64,000 bases of DNA from a virus (lineage: Duplodnaviria; Heunggongvirae; Uroviricota; Caudoviricetes), in IMG/VR virus record IMGVR_UViG_3300008114_001632; one strand, written 5' to 3'. Positions within the stretch are counted from its first letter, which is position 1; every line of letters starts with the position of its first letter. Below are positions 47,346 to 57,962 of the stretch, one piece after another. The notes under the pieces are model-generated. The model had not been told where the DNA came from, made no database searches, and worked only from the letters and a program-made list of their open reading frames with translations. Both the position numbers and the translations under genes were made by a program.

Positions 47346-48593
47346 TCATTTTGGTCTGTGTTCTGAAAGCACGTCAGCTCGCACATACCCCTTACGCTTC
47401 TCTGCGTCTACTACATAATGCCACCCCTCCGGACCTGGAGAAATGATATTAAATTCTGTTCCCTTTTTCAATTGCCATGTTCGTTGACTTTTTTCATTTG
47501 GTTCTTTGTATACAAACGAATCTTCTTTAAGATATCTAGAACTCCACAATTGAGCGGGTGGCTTAACTACTGGAGCAGTATTTGTATTTGTTTCTACTTT
47601 TTCTACAACTACTAAATGTTCTGGTTGTATAGGAACTATCCTTGTTATTTTTTCTGCTTTGGGCTCGACTGTTTGGCTTGCTCCATTGCTTTCTTGCTTG
47701 ACGGGCTCGATCGGTGCGGGTGGTAAGGGCTCTGGGGCTCCTTGGGGTGCTTGTGAGGTTTGTGGTTGAACCAGCTCATCTTTCTTTTCCTCCTTTACTA
47801 CAGGCACTTCTTGTGTTACAGATTTTTTAAATCTCCACATTCCTTTCTTTTCGCCTTCAATGATCATGTCATATACTGCTTGTTCTATAGCAACACGAAC
47901 AGCATATGTTGTAGGTTCATTTAGAGCCTGCCCGTTTTCTAATTCTAGTGCTTTGGTTCCAGCATCAACAAATCTTAATACGCCAACGTTATGTTGTGTG
48001 CTATAGATAGTTTTGCTCACAGCATTAGAAATTAATACTTCCCCACTGTTTACACTTACTAGTCTAAGACTAATTACAATTTCATCTACACGATATTGTT
48101 GACTTCCGCCAATACCTAAGAATCGTGCGCCGTTGCCGCCACTGCGTATGTTGCTGTCGTAGCCAATGATACCACCTTCGATCATAATTCCTGCCACAGT
48201 CATTGGCTTTAATGGTCTAGCATCTTTACCTTCATAAACCTCGCGTTGATTACGTATCAACTGTCGCTCTTTAATAAGGTTATCTAATCCCACACGCTCT
48301 ACAACTTTAAACCAATTTTTTGAGTCTTGAAGTGCTTTGATTAAAAATACTTCAGATCCTTGTGTCACTGCCTTTGAAAACACAGCTAACCTATCATTAG
48401 GTTTCATTTGTCCTGTCTTGTCTGTGAATCCGTAAACTGCAATGGTCATTGGAGGACCGTCTAACTGTGGTATTTTATTAGTAAGACTCTCTCTTGGTGT
48501 TAGAGCCACAGCATCTTCCCTAGCCGCATCCATGTGTATGGTGGCGCATCCTGAAAGAACAGTGACAAGTAACAATGATAATATTAATTTCAT
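47346..48593 (-). CDS. csgG: curli production assembly/transport lipoprotein CsgG
   Basis: LSGC lipobox; CsgG-family core. Confidence 0.75.
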   Translation of the reverse strand: MKLILSLLLVTVLSGCATIHMDAAREDAVALTPRESLTNKIPQLDGPPMTIAVYGFTDKTGQMKPNDRLAVFSKAVTQGSEVFLIKALQDSKNWFKVVERVGLDNLIKERQLIRNQREVYEGKDARPLKPMTVAGIMIEGGIIGYDSNIRSGGNGARFLGIGGSQQYRVDEIVISLRLVSVNSGEVLISNAVSKTIYSTQHNVGVLRFVDAGTKALELENGQALNEPTTYAVRVAIEQAVYDMIIEGEKKGMWRFKKSVTQEVPVVKEEKKDELVQPQTSQAPQGAPEPLPPAPIEPVKQESNGASQTVEPKAEKITRIVPIQPEHLVVVEKVETNTNTAPVVKPPAQLWSSRYLKEDSFVYKEPNEKSQRTWQLKKGTEFNIISPGPEGWHYVVDAEKRKGYVRADVLSEHRPK

Positions 48594-49039
48594 TAAAATG
48601 CAAAGCTCGCTATAGGTACAGTAATTTCTGTTCGGCTACCGTTGGCCTCAATAATAGTTAGAGTTACTTCTGTGGCCGATTTAACCCAACTGATATTAGT
48701 TCCTTGAAAGTCCATAGTTCCGCTTGTTCCTGTACCTTCAGCAAACATTTGATCTGCTAATTGTTTAGACAATTGTGCGTAGATACGTGCTTCTACGTTA
48801 ACAAGGAATTTACTTAGATTTGTTTGTTTTGCAGCAGCTTCTGCCTTAGCTATAGCAGCCAGTTCTTCGCTCTTAATTTCTTTCTTTTTAGATTCTTCTA
48901 ATTGATGGATTGACAAGACGTGCTGACTGAATCCATTGCCTGGTATAAAGGCTGGACTTTGAAAATTATGTATTAGCTCTGTAGCGAATGCACTACCTGC
49001 AAACACTAGCATTGCCCCCAATGCTGTGATGTATTTCAT
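48593..49039 (-). CDS. csgF: curli assembly protein CsgF-like
   Basis: Signal peptide with FQSPAFIPGNG N-terminal CsgF-like motif; immediately upstream of csgG. Confidence 0.55.
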   Translation of the reverse strand: MKYITALGAMLVFAGSAFATELIHNFQSPAFIPGNGFSQHVLSIHQLEESKKKEIKSEELAAIAKAEAAAKQTNLSKFLVNVEARIYAQLSKQLADQMFAEGTGTSGTMDFQGTNISWVKSATEVTLTIIEANGSRTEITVPIASFAF

Positions 49040-49154
49040 GACCCTCTCCTCGGTTACCCCTTATACTATTTAACGAGAGGTGAGGAAATATTCTATGCTT
49101 AGTTAATAATAATTAATTAACTTAGGTCAATAATAGGCTGAAAGAAATTTATTT

Positions 49155-50816
49155 TTACGACTTAGCTGCCATATAACCTGGAGTTGGAGTTTGTTGATCG
49201 TCATTCCAGTTAAATCCTGCACCCATTGTTACAGTCTTTCCTAATTTCTTAACTAGGTCATTACCGTCTTTAATAATACTATAATCTAAAGTATCTGTTC
49301 TTAAAAACATAATTGTTGTTATGCCGTCTGCTAGGTGATAGCTTTCGTATGCTATTTTAGTATAGGCTCTATTCATTTTCATCCAATCTACAGTGCCGTC
49401 TTGCTCAACAGCTGAAGCAATTAATTTATCAGCATTTTTAATAGAATCAAAGTTTAACACTAGTGATTTGATAGTAGTATGAAATAGTTCAAATGTTTTA
49501 TCAAAATTACTGTATGGCTCGAGTACTTCTTCGTTCAGTGCCTGAAACCCTTTTGGATTCCAATTGTACTTATTGCCTAATTTTGCTTTGCCGTTTGTAA
49601 TGTTGTATTGATCGCCATTAAATTTGTTAACTGCAACTTTTACCCTAGCGCCTTTTTTGTCAGTAGTAAAAATAGATGCGTTCTTAGGAGCAGTTGCTAC
49701 AATATTAGCAATACCTTTCCTCCAAAGATCCCATCCCGCAGTTGCTTTTGCAATACTCTTACTGTTTAATCTACCGCCTGTAGATGCACTGGCCTTAATT
49801 TCTACTTCAACATCGCCTACTTTTAAGTCACCTTTTTTAGCTTTCTCAGCTGGGTTTCCCATCATTGATAAGGCCATTTCTCCTGGGCCAATTGCCCCAG
49901 ATGTTTTACCTGGCGAATAACTAAAAATATTCTGTTCTACAAATATATCAAACAATTTTTTATATTTAGGATTTACATAGTTTTTAATATTTCCGCGATC
50001 GGTACCGATAACTGATAACATGTTAATTACATCGCCTTTTACGCAGGCTGCTAAGAACTGTTTAATCTCAATTGGTGATGCGTTGGCCTCTTCTTGAATA
50101 TCTACAATTTTTCCAAACAAGGCTTGTTTTAATGTTTTTGTAAATTCAGCTGCGTTTACTGCTTTTTTCTTTGCCTGTGTTTTTTCTTTAGAAGACATTT
50201 TTTCTAAATTTTCTTCTTGATAACCTTGTACTTTGTTTCCTAAAGCTACAAGGTAAACACTTACTTCTTTAACAAAACTTTCAGCTTCTTGTTGTTTTTG
50301 TACAGCATCGTCTTTTGCTAACTGGAGTTCTTCCACTTGTTTAGTTAAAGCGTCTAATTGTTGTCTAAACGGTTTAATAAAATTTTTCTTTATTTTCTCA
50401 TCAATATCTGAAGCTTCAACCGCCTTTATTTGTTGCTTTAGTGTATCGATAGTAGAAATAATTGCGCTGCTAGCACCTTCTGCTTCTAAAATACTCTCTG
50501 TAGACATTCTAGCAGGTGCAGGTGCAGGTTGTGCAGGTGCAGGTTGTGCAGGTGCAGGTTGTGCAGGTGCAGGTTGTGCAGGTGCAGGTTGTGCAGGTTG
50601 TGCAGTTTGTATCTTAGCTTTGGCTAAAAATGCACTTATTGATGATGACAAATTTTTTAATTTTGTCGCAACAGATGCTTTTACATTTTCTTTTTCTGGA
50701 GGAAGATTTCCAAGAAAAACGCCAATTGTATCTAGATCGTGTATAGCTTTTTGTGCTTCAAGATCAGATTCAACTGCTTCATGTACAATAGTTTTTCCAA
50801 AGTCGTAAAATCGCAT
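49155..50816 (-). CDS. hypothetical protein with (QPAPA)n linker
   Basis: 553 aa; internal 15-bp tandem DNA repeat encoding AQPAP x5. Confidence 0.4.
   Translation of the reverse strand: MRFYDFGKTIVHEAVESDLEAQKAIHDLDTIGVFLGNLPPEKENVKASVATKLKNLSSSISAFLAKAKIQTAQPAQPAPAQPAPAQPAPAQPAPAQPAPAPARMSTESILEAEGASSAIISTIDTLKQQIKAVEASDIDEKIKKNFIKPFRQQLDALTKQVEELQLAKDDAVQKQQEAESFVKEVSVYLVALGNKVQGYQEENLEKMSSKEKTQAKKKAVNAAEFTKTLKQALFGKIVDIQEEANASPIEIKQFLAACVKGDVINMLSVIGTDRGNIKNYVNPKYKKLFDIFVEQNIFSYSPGKTSGAIGPGEMALSMMGNPAEKAKKGDLKVGDVEVEIKASASTGGRLNSKSIAKATAGWDLWRKGIANIVATAPKNASIFTTDKKGARVKVAVNKFNGDQYNITNGKAKLGNKYNWNPKGFQALNEEVLEPYSNFDKTFELFHTTIKSLVLNFDSIKNADKLIASAVEQDGTVDWMKMNRAYTKIAYESYHLADGITTIMFLRTDTLDYSIIKDGNDLVKKLGKTVTMGAGFNWNDDQQTPTPGYMAAKS
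50515..50600. repeat. 15-bp tandem repeat (GCAGGTGCAGGTTGT)n inside a CDS
   Basis: 5-6 perfect copies. Confidence 0.7.
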
Positions 50817-50836
50817 AATAAATCCTTATTGTATAT

Positions 50837-51532
50837 TTATACGATGTTAGGGAACAGCATGTCTGTGCAAAACTTATCAACGTCTGCTTCATTTAAACCT
50901 AAACTTTTCATTACGTTAGGAGTATGGGGATTCTGTCGCTGATTGTGACAGTACCAATTCTGTGCTTTGATGGTTTCATCAACACCGCATGTATTTTGGA
51001 ATCCGCTGATTTCATCAAAATATGCATGAAGATTGTTAAGTGCTATGTTTATAATTGCAACTGCTTCTTCTTCGGTGTTTACGTTGCCGGCAGCTAACAT
51101 TTTGTCTGTAAAGATATTCTTAGCCCACTGAGGCAACTCTCTTTGTTTTTTTGGAATAAAATTTTCTACACTATCTTTGTAGCCTAATATCATAGGATGA
51201 TCTGCACCACCGCTTGACGGACTAAAATCGTGGAATGCTCCAGTCATCTTATTTTTGCCGGCAATAACATCAAAGCCGTATATAGGTCCACCGTTGGTTA
51301 GTTCTGGAAACACGCATACATGCATCATCCATAGACCTTTAGTGACTCTAGCATCAACTACATCTATGTGAGCTCTGCGTACATACTGATTAGACCATAC
51401 CCTATTAATCCATCCTGAATCGGGTTGATTAAAGTGTTCCATTCCATCTTCGTGTACTTCATTAGCCTGTTGGTCAAAAACTGCTATGATGTCGTCTTTA
51501 CACTTGATCAGATGATTCCAAATAATGCTCAA
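50837..51532 (-). CDS. ferredoxin-dependent bilin reductase family (PebS/PcyA-like)
   Basis: Length and motifs fit the HY2/FDBR family; overlaps the heme oxygenase gene as in cyanophage ho1-pebS pairs. Confidence 0.5.
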   Translation of the reverse strand: MSIIWNHLIKCKDDIIAVFDQQANEVHEDGMEHFNQPDSGWINRVWSNQYVRRAHIDVVDARVTKGLWMMHVCVFPELTNGGPIYGFDVIAGKNKMTGAFHDFSPSSGGADHPMILGYKDSVENFIPKKQRELPQWAKNIFTDKMLAAGNVNTEEEAVAIINIALNNLHAYFDEISGFQNTCGVDETIKAQNWYCHNQRQNPHTPNVMKSLGLNEADVDKFCTDMLFPNIV

Positions 51533-52070
51533 TGTCTAACTCCATTAGTTCTTGAAATAATTTAGTGCTTGACTCAAATACATACTTTGCTTCTTCGGCC
51601 ATGCTGTCTTTTGTCTTAGCTCTAATTAGTTCTTTGAGCTTATCTTTGTCTGTATTGAACTGATACATTCGACCTTGACCAGGAACCATCTTTGCAATCA
51701 TTTGGCCGCCGCTTAAATCTCCCATGTGTAGTACATAGATATGTGCCATAAGTGCGTCAGCATCAATCATTATGTTTCGCATGTGATTGATGTATTCTAT
51801 AGTACTAGGTACTATAACTGGCTGAACATCTTTTGTCCAAAGTTCTGCAAAATCTTCTTCAATTTTCAGTTTACGTCTGATATCTGGTAAATCACTGAGT
51901 AGGCCTTGTGCGCCTGCAAGTGCTTCTAATAGATCATATTTTTTATGTTGATTCCACAAGTATGTGGCATATAGTTCGGGATTAATTTTACCGCTTACGA
52001 TAACTTTTACAAATGCTTGGCGTTCAGCATTTGTATGTTGTTCTTTTGTAAGTTCTTTTAAATTGCTCAT
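51498..52070 (-). CDS. ho1: heme oxygenase
   Basis: HMGDLSGGQ matches the HO-1 YLGDLSGGQ motif; helical HO fold length. Confidence 0.75.
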   Translation of the reverse strand: MSNLKELTKEQHTNAERQAFVKVIVSGKINPELYATYLWNQHKKYDLLEALAGAQGLLSDLPDIRRKLKIEEDFAELWTKDVQPVIVPSTIEYINHMRNIMIDADALMAHIYVLHMGDLSGGQMIAKMVPGQGRMYQFNTDKDKLKELIRAKTKDSMAEEAKYVFESSTKLFQELMELDIEHYLESSDQV

Positions 52071-52372
52071 TCTTTTTCTAACCTAATCTGCAAGGGAAAT
52101 CCCTTGTCTCTTGAAGCTACAGTAGTTTCTACACTTTTTTGTTCTGCAATTTCGTATGAGTATATACCAACTACTGCACTACCTTCGCTGTGAATTTGAA
52201 GTGTAAGTGCTTCTGCACTAGTTTGGCTATGTTTAAAAGTTTTCACTAAAACTTCTATTACCCATTCAATTGGGGTAACATCATCGTTAATAAAAATAAC
52301 TTTGTATTTGGCCGGCTCTTGAGTGATCTGTTTAATTTTTTCGTCAATTTGGATATCTGCTAAAGTACTCAT
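52067..52372 (-). CDS. clpS: ClpS adaptor protein
   Basis: YKVIFINDDVTPIEWVIEVL matches the E. coli ClpS core. Confidence 0.85.
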   Translation of the reverse strand: MSTLADIQIDEKIKQITQEPAKYKVIFINDDVTPIEWVIEVLVKTFKHSQTSAEALTLQIHSEGSAVVGIYSYEIAEQKSVETTVASRDKGFPLQIRLEKE

Positions 52373-52421
52373 TTATGTCTCCTAGGTTAAAATAGGGGGA
52401 GGGTTAACTCCCCCTAGACTG

Positions 52422-52886
52422 TTACTCGCTGTCTATAGTTAGTGCTTCAACTTTAGAAGGTGCTTGAATAGCAATCTTCTTAGGTTGTAGTGCTTCTGGA
52501 ACTTCACGCTTCAAACTAATGTTGAGCATGCCTAGTTCTAGTGTAGCACCTTCTACTTCAACATGGTCAGCAAGAGTAAATTCTCTACGGAAATTGCGAG
52601 CACCAATTCCTTTGTGTAGATAATTTACTGTGTCATCTCCCTTCGGAGAGGTCCCCTCAATGCGTAGGATATTTTTGTCCTTGGTAATTTCCAAGTCATC
52701 CATACTGAACCCAGCGACTGCGATACTAATTGTATAGTCGTCTTCGCTTAGTTGTGCAATGTTGTATGGAGGATATCCCTGCGATGCTGAGTTAGCAAAT
52801 TGTCTTTCTAACTCATTGAACATTCTATCGAATCCGATAGTAGCTCTGTGAAATGAGGGTAAGTCTAGAGTTGTAAGTCTTGTCAT
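52422..52886 (-). CDS. small heat-shock protein (Hsp20/IbpA family)
   Basis: Alpha-crystallin domain profile. Confidence 0.8.
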   Translation of the reverse strand: MTRLTTLDLPSFHRATIGFDRMFNELERQFANSASQGYPPYNIAQLSEDDYTISIAVAGFSMDDLEITKDKNILRIEGTSPKGDDTVNYLHKGIGARNFRREFTLADHVEVEGATLELGMLNISLKREVPEALQPKKIAIQAPSKVEALTIDSE

Positions 52887-52944
52887 AATTTTCTCCTTAT
52901 AATAAGCAAGATTTAATATTGAGCCCGATTATCGGCGCTCAAGT

Positions 52945-54111
52945 TTATTTACCATTGCTTGCATAAACAGCATTAAATTGCTGAGTTACACGAACAAAGG
53001 TTGTGCATTTGCTAAGTTGCTTTAGCGTCTTAGCGCCTGCATACGTACAGGTACTACGCAAACCGCCTAGTATGTCCTGTACAGTATTTAGTACCTTACC
53101 TTTATAAGGTACTAAAACTTCTCGCCCTTCGGCGCTACGGTATTCTTTTAAACCACCAAAATGTTTTAGGTTGGCTGCTTCAGAACTCATACCATAAAAT
53201 TCTACAAATTTCTTTTCTTCTATTTTGCAGCCAGTCCATGTCCACTCTGACTGCCCGTCTTCTAGGATACGCTGTCGGGCCTGTAACTCGTTAGTTTCGT
53301 AGAGTCTTGTAATGACTTCTCCGCCGCCTTCATCGTGTCCAGCCAGCATCCCTCCGAGCATAACAAAATCCGCTCCTGCGGCAAATGCCTTGGCGACATC
53401 TCCTGGACAGGTACAACCCCCGTCTGCAATAATATGTCCCCCCAAACCATGAGCAGCATCAGCACACTCCATAACAGCACTAAGCTGAGGATAGCCAACG
53501 CCAGTTTGAATACGAGTTGTGCAAACGCTCCCAGGACCAATGCCCACTTTAATAATATCTGCTCCACTTAAAATTAACTCCTCAGTCATTTCGCCTGTCA
53601 CTACATTGCCAGCAATGATTACGATTTCTGGATATGCTTCACGAAGCTTTCTAATAAAAGTTGCAAACCGCTCGGAATAGCCGTTAGCAACATCCACACA
53701 AACGTATTTAATGTTTGTTAGTGTTTCGCTGTACACATTAGCAAACTTATCGTAGTCAGCTTGTGTAATTCCCATTGAGTATGCTACTCGATGAGTTCTA
53801 TAATATTCATCTGCATTAAAGAAGTCAATTAATTCTTCTGCACTATATGTCTTAACTAGACATGTAAACATGCCTTCATGTGCAAGAATGTCTGCCATAG
53901 CAAACGTACCAACTCCGTCCATATTAGCAGCCATGATTGGAACACCAGTGTATTGATATTCTTCCCAATTTTCGTGCTCAAAAGCAGGACTGTAATTTCT
54001 AAATTTAAACTTACGGAATAAGTCTACTTCCTGCCGAGAGCCTAATGTACTACGCTTAGGACGAATTAACACATCTTTGTAGTCTAACTTTATATCTTGT
54101 TCAATTCTCAT
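52945..54111 (-). CDS. guaC: GMP reductase (GuaC; IMPDH/GMPR family)
   Basis: Matches E. coli GuaC end to end ([40 protein letters not shown]). Confidence 0.9.
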   Translation of the reverse strand: MRIEQDIKLDYKDVLIRPKRSTLGSRQEVDLFRKFKFRNYSPAFEHENWEEYQYTGVPIMAANMDGVGTFAMADILAHEGMFTCLVKTYSAEELIDFFNADEYYRTHRVAYSMGITQADYDKFANVYSETLTNIKYVCVDVANGYSERFATFIRKLREAYPEIVIIAGNVVTGEMTEELILSGADIIKVGIGPGSVCTTRIQTGVGYPQLSAVMECADAAHGLGGHIIADGGCTCPGDVAKAFAAGADFVMLGGMLAGHDEGGGEVITRLYETNELQARQRILEDGQSEWTWTGCKIEEKKFVEFYGMSSEAANLKHFGGLKEYRSAEGREVLVPYKGKVLNTVQDILGGLRSTCTYAGAKTLKQLSKCTTFVRVTQQFNAVYASNGK

Positions 54112-54686
54112 TGTTTTTCGCCGTAGTTAAATGATATACTGATTCTATCTGAGTTTGATTTATTACTCTGTACGCTGTGTTTGAGCCAACCTGGAAATAT
54201 ATACAGAGCACCTGATTTAGAGGCATAGGTAGCCCTAGTACTTGTGTAATAGGTTCCTTTTTCTACTTGAGTAGGAATATGGTATTCGCCGTTGTCTGAT
54301 CGTTCAAACTGAATATTACCTTGTCCCTCTTGAGCATCAACATAGTAAACTCCACTTAATACGCTATTAGTATGATTGTGGAGATGATTGTAGGCATTTG
54401 GTGGATTAATATTAATCCATATATTATATAATTCTAATTGCGGCAGACCAACTTGTCTTGCACATCCTGAAATTTCTAATCCAATAGCTTCTACTAGCGC
54501 ATCAACATCAGCGTTATCACCTGATTTAATATCGCTACTTTGATAACCCCCAAAGTTGCTAATAACTCTACCTGGATCAGTTTTTTGTCTTTCATACGCA
54601 AACCGTTTTAATTCAGCGTTGTTACCAAAGTGTGTCATAGACGACCATATGACACTAGGAAACCACAATTCTGTGTGCATTGCCAT
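54108..54686 (-). CDS. putative 2OG-Fe(II) oxygenase family protein
   Basis: HNHT...SGVYYV motif; paralog of 38085..38627. Confidence 0.45.
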   Translation of the reverse strand: MAMHTELWFPSVIWSSMTHFGNNAELKRFAYERQKTDPGRVISNFGGYQSSDIKSGDNADVDALVEAIGLEISGCARQVGLPQLELYNIWININPPNAYNHLHNHTNSVLSGVYYVDAQEGQGNIQFERSDNGEYHIPTQVEKGTYYTSTRATYASKSGALYIFPGWLKHSVQSNKSNSDRISISFNYGEKQ

Positions 54687-54689
54687 ATG

Positions 54690-54929
54690 TTACTTTCTTG
54701 GCTTTATATTAAAAGGATCTTGTGATAGTTTTTTAAGCCAGCGCGATCTTGCCGCCGCTTTTGCTTTTTTTCTAGCTGTAGTTGGTTTTTCGTAGAACTC
54801 TTTATCTCTAAGATCTTGCAAGAGACCGCTGTCTTCTACTTTCCTTTTGAACCTTCGTAGAGCTCCGTTAACATCATCATTACGAACTTCAACTCGAAGT
54901 CCTTTAAGTTCTGATTTTTGATACCTCAA
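54690..54929 (-). CDS. rpsU: 30S ribosomal protein S21
   Basis: ALRRFKRK...EFYEKPTTARKKAKAAA closely matches bacterial bS21. Confidence 0.85.
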   Translation of the reverse strand: MRYQKSELKGLRVEVRNDDVNGALRRFKRKVEDSGLLQDLRDKEFYEKPTTARKKAKAAARSRWLKKLSQDPFNIKPRK

Positions 54930-54930
54930 A

Positions 54931-55308
54931 CTAATCTCCTAATTTACCAGATAAAAAGTCTAGATTAAAAATTCTATTCTTACTGATTATATTATATAAG
55001 TTATCGCTACCATTTGTCAACCAATAGGTTTTATCTTTGGCTATAAAGTAAGCTACTAGATCTCTAATCTTTGTATCGCAATTGTCAATGTCTAATATGA
55101 CACAGTCTGCTTTGTAAAAACAATCAAATAACCATTCAGGTTCGTGATCGTCTTCTTTTTCGTAAAGGTAAACTATAACGGGTTTATCAAAACTTTCTAT
55201 TAGGTCTTGGAACTGAGATTTGATTACTGCACTAGGGTATACTAGCAAAAAACTATATTCCTGGCTGTAGTATTTGTCTGGTGGTGTAACTAAAGTAATA
55301 TCACTCAT
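54931..55308 (-). CDS. hypothetical protein
   Basis: ORF. Confidence 0.4.
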   Translation of the reverse strand: MSDITLVTPPDKYYSQEYSFLLVYPSAVIKSQFQDLIESFDKPVIVYLYEKEDDHEPEWLFDCFYKADCVILDIDNCDTKIRDLVAYFIAKDKTYWLTNGSDNLYNIISKNRIFNLDFLSGKLGD

Positions 55309-56719
55309 CTTTGGATCTTATGCTTTTCCAGATTGCTGTTTGTTTTTTTTGTTCTTCATTCTGTATGTATCCCACAGTAGGATTTTGCTCAACATCGTTT
55401 GATTCAACTGTTTCCAAAGTCACTTGCTGATCTTTATCCTTCATCATATAGGTTTTTTTAGCTTGTGCTCTACCTACATAATCTTCCCAGGGAAGTTTGT
55501 TTATCTTGCCATCGAGATAAAGTTGTTTAAAAAATTTAAGACTTAGATTTGGATTATCTTCTTTCCAATCATGCTTGGCTTGATTCCATTCTTCTAAATT
55601 ATCTAAAGCATCTAACTGCTCTTTAGTTAGGCGAAATTCTTCCGATGATTCTATAAGTTTTTTTTTAGACAGATCTTCAGGCTGATCTACATTGGTAGCT
55701 TCAACCTTAGGTTGAGGATCTTCTTTAGTTTCTTCTTGTTCTATCTTAGTTATTGTTTCTACTTTTGGTTCAGATTCTTGCTTGTCAAAATCAATAAATT
55801 CTAGTTCTTCTTTTTCAATCTCTGCTATTAATCGATTGCCTTCTTCTATGTCAGGCTGAGAAACTATAGGTTCTGTAACAGTAGGAAGCTCTTCATCTTC
55901 TTTTAGTATCGGCCCTCTGATACCGTCTGAGAAATCATATTCATCTCTTAACTTATCTTTATTTTCTCTATACCACTGCCAAGTCATCTGTGCGCCTAAT
56001 AACATTAATATTGCCAGTGGGTCAAACACAAATACAATTATTATAATAACCCATGTTACTGCACGTTCTAGCAAATTAGCATCAGGATTATCTCCGTACA
56101 GTAGGGCCGCTATGTATTTGATTGGGCCTACTTCTGCTTCAACTTTGCGTACCTCGGCAGCAATAGGCGCTCTTTCTTCGCTAAGGGCGGCAATAGTTTT
56201 CTGTTCGGCCGCAATCTCAGATTGAAGGCGGACACGTTCTTTTTGTTGTGCTCTTCGGATTGCAACAGCTTTGTCGGCACCTTTTTCATCATTGCTTCGA
56301 CCCATAACTTGGTCCACAGCTTCATCCATCTGTCTAAGCGCCTTCCGGTTCGCATCTATATTGTCCTTTGCCGTTTTGATTTTTTCATCGTAAATAGCTA
56401 TCTTGCTTTGGACATCGCCACTTACAATATTTTGATCCAAATGTGCTTTGCTTAAGAAACCAAATATTCCCATGCTAGTAATGACCATGAGTACTATTAC
56501 TGCGGCACTCATGTACACTTTCATTCCTAAAGGTATCTTAGTCCAATATGCTTTGAGCCAACTTGCGGCAACTAACTTAGATATTTCTAATGTAGTGCCC
56601 ATAACAACAATGGGCCAAAATGCCGCGGCAAATACTGCGGTAAGACCTATAACGCTGTAGTATATGGCCACTGCTGATAGAGTTAGGCCGGATAGTGCAA
56701 GTAAGATAGCAAATATCAT
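55301..56719 (-). CDS. membrane protein with long coiled-coil and acidic tail
   Basis: Multiple TM helices at the N-terminus and middle. Confidence 0.4.
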   Translation of the reverse strand: MIFAILLALSGLTLSAVAIYYSVIGLTAVFAAAFWPIVVMGTTLEISKLVAASWLKAYWTKIPLGMKVYMSAAVIVLMVITSMGIFGFLSKAHLDQNIVSGDVQSKIAIYDEKIKTAKDNIDANRKALRQMDEAVDQVMGRSNDEKGADKAVAIRRAQQKERVRLQSEIAAEQKTIAALSEERAPIAAEVRKVEAEVGPIKYIAALLYGDNPDANLLERAVTWVIIIIVFVFDPLAILMLLGAQMTWQWYRENKDKLRDEYDFSDGIRGPILKEDEELPTVTEPIVSQPDIEEGNRLIAEIEKEELEFIDFDKQESEPKVETITKIEQEETKEDPQPKVEATNVDQPEDLSKKKLIESSEEFRLTKEQLDALDNLEEWNQAKHDWKEDNPNLSLKFFKQLYLDGKINKLPWEDYVGRAQAKKTYMMKDKDQQVTLETVESNDVEQNPTVGYIQNEEQKKQTAIWKSIRSKDE

Positions 56720-56735
56720 AAGTAGTATTTATCGC

Positions 56736-57158
56736 TTATCCATGCACGAATTTCCAAGTCTTACCTTGTAGGCAGGCCTCTTCTCTAAAACTTTTTGGAT
56801 TGCCTTTGTACCAGATAGTAGAATGTAATACTGTACATGTGTTTGGTTTTATAATGGATACTCGAACTTCACCTCTTGCCGAACTAGTCTTGCTAAACCA
56901 TTTGCAAGATTCGCCCACAGAAATTTCATCAAGTGCGAAATATACGCAACGTTCATGTTCTGCTCGATCTTCTGTTGGGACAGAATAAGCTGTGTACTTG
57001 CCCCAGTTATAAAGAATGTTAATAGAGCTTCCTGGATTTGAATAAGTCCGAGCTGTACTAACATCTCCGTAATACGGAGTTGATGAACAGGCTGTTAAAC
57101 TAATTAAACTCAGGATGCCAAGAACCATCCGGATGTTGGCAAAGGATGCCTTGAACAT
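56736..57158 (-). CDS. lipoprotein
   Basis: LTAC lipobox. Confidence 0.45.
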   Translation of the reverse strand: MFKASFANIRMVLGILSLISLTACSSTPYYGDVSTARTYSNPGSSINILYNWGKYTAYSVPTEDRAEHERCVYFALDEISVGESCKWFSKTSSARGEVRVSIIKPNTCTVLHSTIWYKGNPKSFREEACLQGKTWKFVHG

Positions 57159-57408
57159 TTTTATCTCGTCCTTTAATGTTAACTACAGTTTGGTAAGGGC
57201 GGCATTGTTTTGCAACACCTGCTTGTTTACGCCAATGCCCTGGCTTGTCAGAACATTCGACCTGTGTCTGGCTTTCTACTCGCTCACCATTCTTTGTTTG
57301 AATGTTCTGAGTAGTATAACAGTACTGAGGTCCTTGATCAGCAACTTTGGTTGCTGAGGAGCAGCCAGATAGTATTACAATTGCTCCTAGTAGGACTAGA
57401 GTTTTCAT
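57100..57408 (-). CDS. lipoprotein
   Basis: LSGC lipobox. Confidence 0.45.
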   Translation of the reverse strand: MKTLVLLGAIVILSGCSSATKVADQGPQYCYTTQNIQTKNGERVESQTQVECSDKPGHWRKQAGVAKQCRPYQTVVNIKGRDKNVQGILCQHPDGSWHPEFN

Positions 57409-57884
57409 TACTGCTTCCTAGCACTAGCTTCAGCTATGAGTTGATCGAATACGTTCTTTTTCATTTCAAGTCGAACAAATGTATAGTGACGACCGTTCAT
57501 TGTAAAATGACCTTTTTCGCTTTTTACATGCCTGCGAATTGCTGTGTCAGTAACCTTGTAAGAAATCATAGTACGAGTAGTCTTTACATCGTCTTTGATA
57601 TCAATCACAGTTTCTGAATTAACAGAACCATTGATACGTTTGGCAAAGTTATTCATAGCGATTGCATCCATTTGTTCTTCAGATGCTTGAGAGTATTTTG
57701 ACTCGCCTGCACCGCAAGCATAAACATAATCCTCTTTCCACCAGAACCAACCCTTAACACCTTCTTGCACACATTCCTGATACCAGGTTGGTTGTGCGTA
57801 AGTCTTGCGTTCTGGAACGTCCTTCATTGAAGAACAAGCAGAAAGAACTGCAATAATTGGTAAAACTAAAAATGCCTTTTTCAT
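57408..57884 (-). CDS. lipoprotein
   Basis: LSAC lipobox. Confidence 0.45.
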   Translation of the reverse strand: MKKAFLVLPIIAVLSACSSMKDVPERKTYAQPTWYQECVQEGVKGWFWWKEDYVYACGAGESKYSQASEEQMDAIAMNNFAKRINGSVNSETVIDIKDDVKTTRTMISYKVTDTAIRRHVKSEKGHFTMNGRHYTFVRLEMKKNVFDQLIAEASARKQ

Positions 57885-57962
57885 GTGTGCCTCTGTGGGT
57901 TGTTAATACAGTCTATAGTATAACAGGACCCGTAGGTCCTGTCAAGATTGAATTTTACCAAA

